DNA of 64,000 nt from Paragordius varius (lineage: Eukaryota > Animalia > Nematomorpha), in the NCBI GenBank assembly GCA_964247055.1, contig OZ176059.1:1178001-1242000 (forward strand), written 5' to 3'. Below are positions 51,962-64,000 of this stretch, one piece after another. The position numbers were made by a program, and so were the translations under genes. Positions within the stretch are counted from its first letter, which is position 1. Every line of letters starts with the position of its first letter. The notes under the pieces were generated by a model. The model was given only the letters and a program-made list of their open reading frames with translations, was not told where the DNA came from and made no database searches.

Positions 51962-54900
51962 CGACAAAATTAATTTCCTATATGCTAAATCAAACAAAAG
52001 TTATTTTATGAAACAAAAAGATTATATATTATACATCATCGCTTTTAAATACATGCATATAAAATAATATATCCATTTTCATTCTGTAGTTTTAGTTGAT
52101 TTGATTTATTGATACAAACATTATTATAACACCTACCTATTATTATACAACAACTGTTATGTTATTATAAAATTAATTTTACCCATCCCATGCTCTTATT
52201 ATATTATTTTACCAAACCCGATTCAATCATATATACATATATATAATTGTTGCCCATATAATTATAATTAAAACCCTCTCCTTCCCCTTTAACGCAGACC
52301 CCACACATCATGTCAGATATTTGATCAAAATTTTTCTAAAAAAATTTTCCCTATTTAGATTTAACGTTTTGGCTGATAAATATTTACATATTAATTAAGA
52401 ACCAAAGGAGTGGTTTAGGAGAACATCGATATTGTTAGATATTTACGTTTTTGGATTGTGTACATATATAAATTATATACATATATATATATATATATCT
52501 TGTTATATTAATTACTTTTCTCATGTATATCATTGTTTATGAAACAATTTCGGATGGAAAAAAATGTGATTAATGTGTTGCAAGTCGTAAGATTTGAGAT
52601 AATATACTATTGGTTTATAATTCTGTACACTTAAGCAAAAATATTTTATAAACGCATACGCATCCAAAAAAGTTATCTATTATAATTTAACGTATAAATT
52701 TTTTCATTATAAACATGTTGTTAATTGAAAATTTTATAATATATATACATATATATATATATTATTGAATATATCCATATTTTTATTTTCCCATGTACCG
52801 GCAGTGTTACCTTTTTAGATTACAATTTTGATTTAATTATAATCATTATTATTAGTTCAACACAAACATATTTTCACTTTTTTCCCTAATGAAAATTTAT
52901 ATGTTTTTATTGTTTTATAAATATTATTTCCTCTTATCATATGTATGCCAAATTTATGTAATTACACCGGTTAGGTCTTTGATGTAAAGTGGTGTCTCAT
53001 TTTTATGATAGGCTATTGAAAGCAATATGCTAACATAATATTAATATTTCTCTTTGAGGGTTAAAGCGAAGTGTGGCGGTGTGATTAAAAAGGGTGAGAC
53101 GGTCAATATCTAAGAAGTTGGAGATTTAATCAATATGGCATAAAGTATTTTATAAATAACTCTTGGAATCCATACTAGAATTTTTTTGTTGTCTAAAATA
53201 TAATTAGAGTCTGAGTAAGTAAATATTGTTTTCGGAGATAGTATATTAAAGAAATTATTTGGCCTCTGCTCTTTGGTGTATAAACTATCTGTCAATATAC
53301 AATAAAAAATTAGCAACGTATACATACTCATACTGTAAATCAGTCATAATCTATAAATGATTTAGTTGCAATTAAACAAACAAAATTAGGGCAAAAACAG
53401 AAAACTTTTATGGATCAAGGAACTAGCCGGACAACAAATAAACCATATATTACAATATTAAAATTAAATTTCAGGTTTTGGTTGGATTGGTGGTTGTTTC
53501 ATACTTCCCTGCTTGTATTATTTGAAAGCTCCTGGTAGCGCCGATGAAAACAGTTAAATTAGCTATAACACATGATTTTACATCTTATTTTTGTAAAAGC
53601 TTGATTTTGATCTCAGGTTTTTTTAGCTAAAATTTTGTTGGTATAATTGTCAAAGGTCATATAGAACAAAATTTTTGCGAAATTCATTCAAAATATACAT
53701 AAACTATTTCATATATCCCGTTTTGATGTGAAAAATTTCTACAAATAATGGCAGCTTCAATCTGGAATCACATTTATGTAAAATACTCCAGCATCATTCG
53801 TCCCCATAACGGATGTTAAAGGTGTTTTTCAAATAAAACTTTTAAAATAAACTATGCAATCGGTAACTCAAATTATAATTTTTCTTCTTTAAACACTCCA
53901 TTACCTTTTGGGGTAATTTTATAAACCAGGGCGGTTAGAAATTTGAATATCTTAAAAAGTAATTATATTAAGCCGAATTTAAAAATATGCTTTCTTTAGC
54001 CTTTTAGGCGCATTATACAAAACATAATTTTAAAAAAATGTAAAATAAAAATCCTCATCTCAAACCTTTGACCGCCATTTTTTCTATAAATTCTAAATTG
54101 CTAATGCAACATTCAAATAAATGTATATCATGGTTCAAAAATGTGTAATTAACTTTAAGAAATTTTTAGGCTACATTTTACCAACAAATCTTTTTATATT
54201 TTGATTTAAATATCAGCTGTTGGTTTCAATCATTTTTGGAGTTGTCCCAATTTTGATTCTAGAAGTCACAAAATAAAAAAATATGGTGAAGTGTTATTAA
54301 CTTTAATAAAATGATAATGCGAAATATTTTACGATCTCAATATTATTTCATTTGCTAAAAAATTAGGTTAAATTATAATAATGTCAAGAAGAAACAGAAA
54401 TTATAATTTAAATAATATCAATCTCCAATTCTCATTGTAACACATATTTCCAGATAAAAGTGCATCTCTTGAGTTAACACACATTTTTAGTAGGTTGGTC
54501 ATACGCTTATTGTTCAATTCATAATCTTGTAAAATTTTTAAGACCGTCTGTCCTGTAGGAATATTAAATTCATGATATACAAATTTTGTTTGGGGTTATC
54601 CCCCACATGACGAAATGACAGTTATTTTAAATACCAAATAAGTTAGTGTTTTCTAACTTATGCCATCAATTACAAGTGGTTCTCTCCAAGCTCGATTCTT
54701 CAAGACGAATACAATTTTTTTTTGAATCAGTTGGTTTTTGCAAAGTATTTTGCATGTATTGACATGATCAATATTTGGACGAAATATATTTTTTATTTGA
54801 CGAATTATTGGAATTTGTGTTTCTTCAATTGAATAAAATTATAATAAATTATATATAAATCAACAAAACAAGGATGCAAAAATTTAAACTAAATGAATCA

Positions 54901-57452
54901 AGGAGATAGGTAAACATTAATTATTTAAGTTAAAATATGTGAATGGTGCATATACATAAGAATTACCTTTTAACTAAAGTGGGCCTAATAGTTGCGCAGA
55001 TTGTTTTAAGAACTGGATTCGCGGTTCCGAACATTTCCGAAAAATAAGTTTTTTTCTTTTTTCAATGTTTAATACCAGAGTCTCTTTTTTATTAAAGGAT
55101 TTAAATTGTGTAAAGGACACATAAAAGCTTTAACACTCGCTTGCCTAGGCCTGACGGATGAATTTGCGCACTTTTGAAATTCCGACTCTGGACACCGCCC
55201 ACCAGTGTAAGAGACCGCCGCTATAGGAGAGGGTGTAATTCTATCTTTCTTTCGACCGCGACGGCTAACATGGCATACGCCTAATACGTTTAGTGGATCG
55301 TTGTTGTACGTTGCCGGAGGCTTGCGGAGGGAACTCATCGGGCTTACTCTCGTCTCCCCTCCTTCCGATAATTGAGACTTTAGCTACAGTTTCGAGTATC
55401 TCATAGTATCTATTTATAGTTAAATTTATTCGGGGTGACACCGTTAACTATCGTATTTCATATGTACGGCAACTACTGGCCCTACACACTCTGCCAGAGA
55501 GGTATTATATCTGAGGAGGCATTTGAAACACCTTTTACATTCTTTTTGTATAAGCATGTTGAGAAAATATGTAGTTGCATATACATGCCTCCTGAAGATT
55601 GTTTTGATTGAGGATGCATTCGTATATTTTATGTTATTTTATATAAATTACTATTTTAATCGTTTGACCTCAAATTTTGTGCCCTGATGACAAATCATTT
55701 ATGGGATAAAATAATAATAATAATAATTATTATTATTATTTTTATCATTATTATTTTTTTTATATTATATTATTATAAATAGATAGTGGATTAACCCTGA
55801 AAAACAAATAATAATAATGATAACATGATTAACAAAATGACAAACAGGTCATGCGGGAATCGTGGTTACCAGCACGGTTTTTTCTCCTTGTTCAGCGAAA
55901 GGCCGATTGTTCTCCAAGTGTCCCAGATTATAAACACTTCGGTAGGGTATGTAGGGCCAGTAGTCGCCAGAGACTTATGATTCGCACGATGATTAGCGAA
56001 GTTATCCCTTGAATAAGGCTAATCATAAATAACATACCATGTGAGATGATATTCAATACCGGGGCCGAGGCATCAATTATCAGGAGAAGGGGAAGGGAGG
56101 CGAGGTGTAAAGCCCGAATGGTTCCCTGCGCAAGCGTCCAGAGAGGTCAACAACAATCCAGTTCGTATACTAAGCAAAGCTAAAATAGCCGCGGCAATCC
56201 AAGAAAAGAACATGGTTTTACCCTATGTGATCGCCAAATCCAATTCCCCTATGCAAACCAGTATTTCGAAAACGTATTTTTAAAGTATTTATAATACATG
56301 GATAAATTGATTTGCAATTGGAAACGTTCATTGGCCCAATGATTAAATTATTTATTGACCCGGAGGCCGAGCCCACCCAAAATATTCCGTGTCGTCAAGT
56401 CCCGTTAGCTCTAAAACGTGGGTCAATTTAAAAATACTTTGACCAGTTGACCATCTCAAGGTCAGATAACGAGGGCTTCCTCAAGGTGAGCATACTTAAC
56501 GGAAATGGATAAGTTAGGCTATGTGCCGATTTTCGAATAAATATCAATTGCTATTTGTAACAAGATTTACACCTTATACACACACACGCACAGGCAAATT
56601 TCATGAGTTAGTTGCCAAGGCGTTAGATAGGGTTGTATTTTCAACGACGCCTCTTTAGAGTTTTCTATTAGCGAATCCTAGTCAATCTTGCGATTATAAC
56701 CTACAAACGTTCTTTTGTGCCAATGACTTCAATTCAGGTTGATATCCACCCCGATGATTTTTCAAAAATGTATAACTTTTGAGGGATGTACTTGGCACAT
56801 GTGTTTGTCCAGACCAGTGATACTCCGCAAAAAAATTGAAGGCGTCGCAAAAAATATTTATCTTGTCTCAAAGGCCGTGCACCATATAATAACAATAACT
56901 TCTTACGTTTGGCCTGTTTGCAGATATTTTTACTCAAAGTAAGTGTGTTAAGCACTTTAACAAATAATTTGGAATCTGAAAAAGCACTTTTAGGGCCGCA
57001 TGCTGCCCGTGAGCCGCGGTTTGAATAGCACTAGCTTAAAAGGTGTGTTAGTCTCTGGTGCGACAAAAGATTAACATGATAAAATTTTAAGAGTTGTTGA
57101 GCAGGTTGCAAGAGGCGCCGAATTGCGATTGCGCAAAGATAAAGTCTAAATCGCGATTCTCTAATTTAAATACTTGGGTTGCGTAATCTCTGGAAAAGGG
57201 ATTCAACTTACCAATGGAAAATTAGAGATCATTCAAAAATGTCCATCTTTTTAGGATTAATAAATTTTCATGGTTTTTTTTATCAAATTTGCTTCAACCT
57301 TATTAATTTGCACAAAATGTGAGGTAAAAATCACTTGGCTGAGAGCACAGGCAGTTGAGGGTGAATTTATACCAAAAAAAGTCATTAACCAATACCCATA
57401 TTGACCTATAATAAACGATTTTCTTCATTAGAAACAGATGCCTCAATGGGTT

Positions 57453-57704
57453 CAGAGGCGTAGCTTGCATTTCTGGCGCCCAGTGCATGAATCCGTGATA
57501 GCGCCCCCTTTCCCACCATACAGCTCCTTGCATTTTAATAAAAATAATTATTCAAACCGTGGTCATGGCCACTCATTGAGTAATTTTATTTAAAACAATT
57601 TTGAAATACCCATTTTTTTAAAATCAAATTACGAATCCTGCACCCATTCAACCATGGCGCCCGGCGAATCAGCCCCACTTTTCTCCCCCCTAGCTACGCT
57701 TCTG
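57453..57704. mobile_element. hAT-type MITE (252 bp)
   Basis: TIRs CAGAGGCGTAGCT / AGCTACGCTTCTG (12/13 match). 8-bp TSD AATGGGTT at 57445-57452 and 57705-57712. Removing it restores the RNase H motif LETDASMGLG. Confidence 0.9.
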
Positions 57705-59298
57705 AATGGGTTTAGGGAAATTTAATTCCATAATAACTAGCAGGAGAGCCGCTCGATCTTTTCCCCTTCTCAAACATTTCCGTGAGCGGAAAAGGGTATT
57801 CCACGATTGCAAGAGAGGTTAAAGCAGTATTTGCTATCCAAAAATATGATCCTTTTGAAATTTCTGCTGACCACAAATTTTTAGGTGGCCTTTTTGGGAG
57901 GAAAAGAGACATTAATAATATTAGTATTTCAATATTACTGAGCTGGATATATAAGTCCATTCTATACGAATATGAGATATGTCAGAAAAGGGTCGAGAAA
58001 ATTTGCCTGATTCCCTATCAAGATTGCTTCGCGTATACAGCGTTTATGACGGGGAGGAGGATGCGGCTACTATACAATTCCGTTTTCTCTCGTTTAAATA
58101 TCTCGATCTAAATTGGAAAACAGTTGAAAAAGGTATAATGAATGACAAACTTTTAAACAAAGTTAAAATGGCGCTGACAAAAATAGATAAAAGGAGGGGA
58201 GATCTAAATCCTTTTAGTAAGCGTAATAACAATTTACAAACCTGCTACAACCTATTTTACCTAAATTATCGATTAAGAATATTACGCGCAAGACAAAATA
58301 CCATTGGAAAAAACTGAAACCCCGGACATAAAGGGTATAGGACTATGAAATTCTACGCCCTCTATTCAGTATCTCACTCGTGGGTAAAAAATGTGAGGCC
58401 TGTCAATCCAACCGACCCAACGCCCCGAAATTCCACCCTATCAATGGAATTTTAATACGCCGACATGGGAGCGGATTTATACGGATATTTCTGGCCCAGC
58501 CGACGGTTACCCCTAATAATTTCTATCGATAGCATCACCCGCTAGGTGGAAGTGGATCTGCTTAAAGTGATTGTGACTCAGGTTATTCTGAATTGATTGG
58601 AAAAACATATGGCCTAGAGATACCCTCGGCAAATCCTAACTGAAAATGCTGACTGCTTCATATCAAAAGAATTCGAATCAGATATAAAATTAGATATTAG
58701 GCACATTCGCGCAACACCCTATTACCCATAAACCAACTGGTTGTTGGTAATGGTAATATCTTAAAAAATAAATATTGATCCGCCAAAGCCGTAACAATGC
58801 ATGCAAATAAAATGAACGGCGTTTTAAAATGCTACAGAATGAGTTTTCATGCGTTGTTATAAGAAACCTCTTCCGCTATGTTCCTAAAACGTAAAGCTAA
58901 CAACCCTGTCGTAAGTAAAGTCGACTCCGGCCGAATTTATAGAACAATCGAACCGCGTCGCTAATTTCGGCCCAATCACCTATTTAAGAAGAAGAGTTGA
59001 GGAAGGGATGAAGGCGCATATCACAGAAAGAAGAGTGCTCCTATCTCACCAAATCAAGGACGAGGAGAGAGTCAGCCGAAAACACTCAGTTCAGCTGCGA
59101 GAAAGATTAAAACATTTTGAGAGGGATACTGATGTGGCCGTCTGTAGTTAATAAAACTTGTTTTCATTTTTGATAATCTTCCAGCTGAATTCCCAAACCT
59201 TTCACCCCGGAAACGAATGCCCCAGGAATCAAAACGCATTCAAAACTAGCATGTCAAACCACCCCTAACTAACGTGTTGTAAAAAAAACCTAAACCTG

Positions 59299-62200
59299 GA
59301 TAGATTAGAATACATCAAGTTAGTTAACCTTAGACAAGACCAATTTATATATTAGATTTGAATACATTTTGATGACCTTTTATATATGATTTAACGATTG
59401 TATCAATTTTGTATTTAATCTGCACAAGTTATTTTACCTTGGCTTAACATGTAAATATTGTATTCACAAAAAGTATATATACATCGCAAACTGTATGTAG
59501 TTTAGTTTTTGCATTTTATCTCAATAAATCTTATTGTTTTACGGTTTCTTGATTTACTACATTTGGCGCGGTCGAATTTTTTTTTTACCTCATTACATTC
59601 GCGCATGGAGAAATTAAGTTTAGAACCCTATGATCCAGCAATGAGTTTCGAGGATTACATAGATTATATAAAGAGAATGTTAAAAGTGAAATTAATTCCA
59701 GAAGATGATGAAACAAAAAAAAAACATACTATTGGCCTACATTGGTCTATCCCATATTCCAAAGTTGAAGAAATTCTTTTATCCTGTACTGTTAGAGGAA
59801 GTGGGCTGGGATGCTTTGGTAGCAGCTGGAAAAAAAATATTTGCTCCGACATACAATGCGTTTGCAGCCAGGTTCCAGTTTACGCAACTCCGAAGGGAAG
59901 CCACGGAATCAGTGATGGATTTTTTGATTCGAGTAAAGGAATGTGCTGCCCGGTGCAACTTTGGGCAAGATGCAATGCTAAGAATCAGAGATGGGTTTGT
60001 TGGAGGGTTACAACTCAAAAGATTGGAAATAGATCTGTTCACAAAATTTCCAGATGCAATGGTTGATGGGAAACCGGTTACGTTGGAGATGGTGGTAGAA
60101 ATGGCGATGGCATACGAAAAGGCGGACAGCTGTTTGATTGATCAGGGTCCCGACAATAGGCAAGTTATGATGATAAGAAAAAAATGTGGAAAATGTGGAT
60201 ACGTGCATGCGATCAACTGGTGTCCCGCTTCAAACAAGGAGTGTTATCGATGCAAAGGACGTGGTCATTTTGGCAGGTGTTGCCGGCGCGTTAATAGACT
60301 TCATGGTAACAATAATAATAATGAAGCCCGAACGCAAGCAAGTCTGAATGGCCATTGGGTGAGGATGTTGTACGATACCGGAGCTCAAATATCATTGATT
60401 GGGAAGAGCCCGTGGATGGAGATTGGGAGGCCGACCTTAGCTCCCGCGGGTCCAATAGTTGGGTTCAACCAGCAAGGTGTAGAGGTGATGGGACAAGGTA
60501 TGGTAGATGTGAAATGGAATGGTATGGTCAAACAGTTGGAATGTATGGTTACGAGGGATGATTGGGGTAACATTTTTGGGCTACCATGGATGAAAAGTTT
60601 TGAATGCAGATTTCCAGAGCCTGTATGTGTAAAAAATGTTAATTACGTGGAATTGAATAAATTTAAGGATTTGTTTTGTGAGGGTATGGGGTGTTATACG
60701 GGACCACCCATTAAGTTGTTTCTCAAAAAAGGGAGTATCCCCAAAAGATTTGCGGCAAGAAGGGTACCTATTCCGCTTCAGTCTAAGGTGGAGAGTGAAT
60801 TAAAGAGGCTGGAAAGTCTGGGGATTATAGAGTCCATAAACCCCTCGCAAACACGAATTGACTGGGTAACTCCATTGGTGATAGTTAAAAAGAATGATAA
60901 CAATATTCGTATATGTGGTGATTTTAGAGTTACTTTAAACCCAAGTCTGGTTCCTGTAGATCATCTGATTCCAACGTTTGATCAGTTAGTGTTTAAAATC
61001 GGGCAAGGAAAAGTTTTTACGACCTTAGATCTAAAAGAAGCTTACTGGCAAATGCCGATACACCAAGATTATCAACATTTACTCACGTTTAGTTCACATA
61101 TAGGCCTTTTTCGATTTAAGAGACTGCCATTTGGAATATCTAGTGCACCCACGATATTTCAACAAATTATGGATGAGTTATTAAAAGATTGTCCAGGTAC
61201 AGCGGTTTACTTAGATGATGTAATTGTTAGTGGAACAACGGTAATGGAGCATAAGGATAATTTAGAAAAAGTGTTGAACAAATTAGCTGCTGTGGGTTTG
61301 AAATTAAAAAAGGATAAAATCCAATTAGCTCGTTCCTCAGTGTCATACTTAGGATATATAATTTCAGACAAAGGAATTAAACCAGATAACGAAAAAGTAA
61401 AAGCAATTTTGAATTGTCCTACACCTACCAATAAAACATTACTTCGGTCTTTTTTGGGAATGTTAAATTTTCACGCGCGTTTTATTCCATCTTTGCATGC
61501 TACAATCGCGGACTTACATGCGCTTACAGGTTCTAAGAAATGGTGTTGGTCGACAAAAGAAGAGAGGGTTTTTGATAAAGCTAAACTGTTGGTGAGTAAT
61601 GCCTTATGTCTAACACCGTTTAACCCGAACCTTCCGTTAGTGTTGGAAACAGATGCATCGAATGACGGATTCGGAGCAGTTTTATCACATATGACAAGTG
61701 AGGGAAAACGGCCGATAGCTTTTGCGTCTCGAAAATGTGCGAAGGCAGAACAACATTTCTCTGTAATTGAAAAAGAAGCAAGGGCAATTTTATATGCGCT
61801 AGAAAAATTTAAAATGTTTGTGTATGGCAGAAAGTTCGTATTATTAACCGATCATAAACCCCTGATCAAGTTGTTTGGTTTTAAGAGAGATCTAAGTAAT
61901 ATTAACAATAGTAGATTAGTAAGATGGATACTCAGAACAGCCGATTATAATTTTACTATACAATATATTAATGGTTCGGAAAATTTAGCGGATTGGTTAT
62001 CTCGTCTACCGTATGAAGAACCGACTGAGGAAGTGGAGGAGCAACCCAGGCAAATCAACTTTCTACAACTGACAACTTAAGCGTACAGCGAATGAAAGAA
62101 AATACTTTACGGGATGAGTTTTTGATGGCATTAAAATCGGCTCTACATCATAATGATTGGTCAGCTCCAATTCTAAATTCGGTATTGAGTATAAGAAACG

Positions 62201-63614
62201 AAATGCAAGAATCATATGGTTTGTTGTATTGGGGCGATCGTCTGTTTATACCCAGGGCGTTGCGAAATGAAACGTTAAAATTTTTGCATGTTGGACATTC
62301 GGGGGCTAATGTAATGAAAGAGTCTGCCAAGGCTAGGGTTTATTGGCCAGGTATAAACCAAGATATTGAAAATTATGTGAGATCTTGTATGGGGTGTCAG
62401 TTAAACCGGAGTAACATAAAAAGTAATCCAACGTACAAATGGAATTTTAATACGGGTATCTGGGAAAGGATACATCTTGATATTGCCGGTCCTATAGATG
62501 GGTTGTATTGGTTAGTAGCTATCGATAGTAGCTCCAGATGAGTTGAAGTCGAATTGCTAAGAACTGTTAATTCTGCAAACATACTACATTGGTTGGAAAT
62601 TTGGTGTGTAAGGTACGGGTTTCCCCGAATGATCGTTACCGATAATGCAACATATTTTGCATCGAAAGATTTTAATGAGACCTTGCAACGAGCAAACATC
62701 AAACACGTCACTAGCGCCCCCTATCATCCACGAACAAATGGGCTGGTGGAACGAGTCATTTACACCTTAAAAGCACACTATAAATCGTTAACGGATTCTA
62801 AGCTGACTCCTGACAAAAAAATAAACCAAGTATTATGGGGTTATCGCTCCGCCGTACATAGCGCCACAAAAGAGTGCCCGTATAATTTATTTCTGAAAAG
62901 ACCAATTAATACCCCCTTCTCTTGGGTTAGGGAAACACCCGCACAACAATTAGAGGACGACATAATTCCTAATCAAACTTTTAGACCGGACGAAGAAGTG
63001 TACATAAAGAATGAAATCAATTCAGGGTGGAGAAAAGGTATAATTTTGGAGAGAACAGGGGTACTCTCGTACACGGTTAAAGATGGAAATCGAACACTTC
63101 GCAAGCATGCGGATCAATTACGGCCGACCGGAGTCGAGAACGGCGTTGAGGAGGAGGATAATGTAACGATAAACCAAACAGATGAAGAGATGACAACCAA
63201 TAATCGGGAGGTGGGGGAGGAACCAAGCAAAAACGAGAAAGACACCCAGGTTGAAATAAGAACGGAAAAAACAACTGAGAAAGAACCTGAAAGGAGATAT
63301 CCTCTTAGGGAAAGAAAAGCACCAGATCGGCTCGGATTTGGATAAGGAGATATGATAGATTAGAATACATCAAGTTAGTTAACCTTAGACAAGACCAATT
63401 TATATATTAGATTTGAATACATTTTGATGACCTTTTATATATGAGTTAAACGATTGTATCAATTTTGTATTTAACCTTCACAAGTTATTTTACCTTGGCT
63501 TAACATGTAAATATTGTATTCACAAAAAGTATATATACATCGCAAACTGTATGTAGTTTAGTTTTTGCATTTTATCTCAATAAATCTTATTGTACGGTTT
63601 CTTGATTTACTACA
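59299..63614 (+). mobile_element. Gypsy/Ty3 (Mag-like, K02A2.6-type) LTR retrotransposon, full length, three coding lesions
   Basis: LTRs 59299-59561 and 63353-63614 are nearly identical (a few substitutions and small indels). The 3' LTR is TG...CA and the 5' LTR lacks the first T. Flanking ACCTG duplication at 59294-59298 and 63615-63619. PBS-like TGGCGCGGTCGAA at 59564; purine tract AAGGAGA before the 3' LTR. Domain order is gag Zn knuckle (CYRCKGRGHFGRCC), protease (YDTGA), RT (YLDD), RNase H (LETDAS), integrase (HHCC, DIAG..TDNA..NGLVER). Confidence 0.95.
59605..63345 (+). pseudogene. gag-pol of the Mag-like element, interrupted
   Basis: The ATG at 59605 is joined to ORF 59705-62080 only by a +1 shift in an A10 run (59715-59724). 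There is a frame change near 62078-62092 and an in-frame TGA at 62539-62541 where Trp is expected (SSR*VEV). Confidence 0.8.
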
Positions 63615-64000
63615 ACCTGGAAAGAAGATATCCTTTGCGCAAGCTTCAATCCCCCGATGAGGGGAAAGTAATGTAAGACGAAAAAATTGTAGATTCATCC
63701 AACATGATACACATGCATTTTTTAGAGATATGTTGGACACACAAAGATAGATCATGCAAATAAGATTTCATACTGATTTGGTTTTCATGTTTTACTTTTT
63801 TATTTCTTTTTGCATACGCATGATGGTTATAACCTGTATTGTAGAATCTAATTTTTGCGCTTAATGATGTATTCGTCCTTTAAGGCTATTTATAAAAACA
63901 GTATGCCCATTTATGCTGGCCTATTCAAATTATTGTGGGTTAATTGGCAACACAGCAGTGTATGGGCAATAACAACAAAATGCTGATAATCATTTTTTAC

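Larger units (their letters stand above)
55850..63671 (+). mobile_element. Older, heavily decayed Mag-like Gypsy element hosting the young element and a hAT MITE
   Basis: Remnant motifs appear in order: gag knuckle-like CGNRGYQH..C (about 55850), RQVPLAL (about 56392), VRLCADFR (about 56514), LETDASMGLG (57428-57718, split by the MITE), ADHKFLGGLFG (about 57868), WERI.TDISGP (about 58467), RKHSVQLR (about 59077). After the young element come ERRYPLRK (about 63620) and a purine tract GAGGGGAAAG followed by TG at 63672. No 5' LTR was found. Confidence 0.7.

Noticed and set aside
9318-56999. Scattered CAGGGGTGTCCAAC / GTTGGACACCCCTG-like hAT ends (about 9318, 23005, 47810, 50710, 57000)
   Set aside because: They are probably remnants of a hAT MITE family, but I could not pair ends with TSDs, so they were not listed as elements.
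59509-60066. 185-aa ORF overlapping the 5' LTR as a separate gene
   Set aside because: Only 59605-59724 is real gag. The rest is LTR/PBS sequence or out-of-frame read-through after the A-run shift.
62539-62541. TGA at a Trp position, suggesting a UGA=Trp genetic code
   Set aside because: Host genes use TGG for Trp, and the TFAP4 model ends in TGA. A single G-to-A change in a decaying element is simpler.

Overview
AT-rich animal (bilaterian, probably protostome) genomic DNA with three spliced host genes, all reconstructed by hand with phase-consistent GT-AG junctions. (1) A Roundabout/SAX-3 receptor (+, about 3495-21353, 14 coding exons, 5 Ig + 3 FN3 + TM, about 2286 aa). (2) XPR1/SYG1 phosphate exporter (-, 37914-23596, 17 coding exons, about 1365 aa). 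(3) bHLH-ZIP factor AP-4/cropped (+, about 45941-51961, 12 coding exons, about 724 aa). All three proteins are much longer than the human orthologues because of Asn/Gln/Thr/Ser-rich insertions. The most unusual signal is in XPR1: introns 1 and 2 are each exactly 26 nt and lie at positions I recall as conserved with human, whereas every other intron in the window is 75 nt to about 5 kb. Mobile DNA is abundant. It includes a young 5'-truncated RTE-type LINE with a perfect 13-bp TSD and a PHD-like finger, and a nearly intact Mag-like Gypsy element nested in the integrase tail of an older relative that also carries a hAT MITE. There is also a Helitron-like element with a head-to-tail junction, two foldback/MITE families sharing TATACCATTT ends, TA-CAGTA MITEs, a 1.2-kb palindrome next to the XPR1 start, and decayed LINE relics. 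No searches were run. Family assignments rest on recognised motifs, and the organism cannot be identified from the sequence alone.
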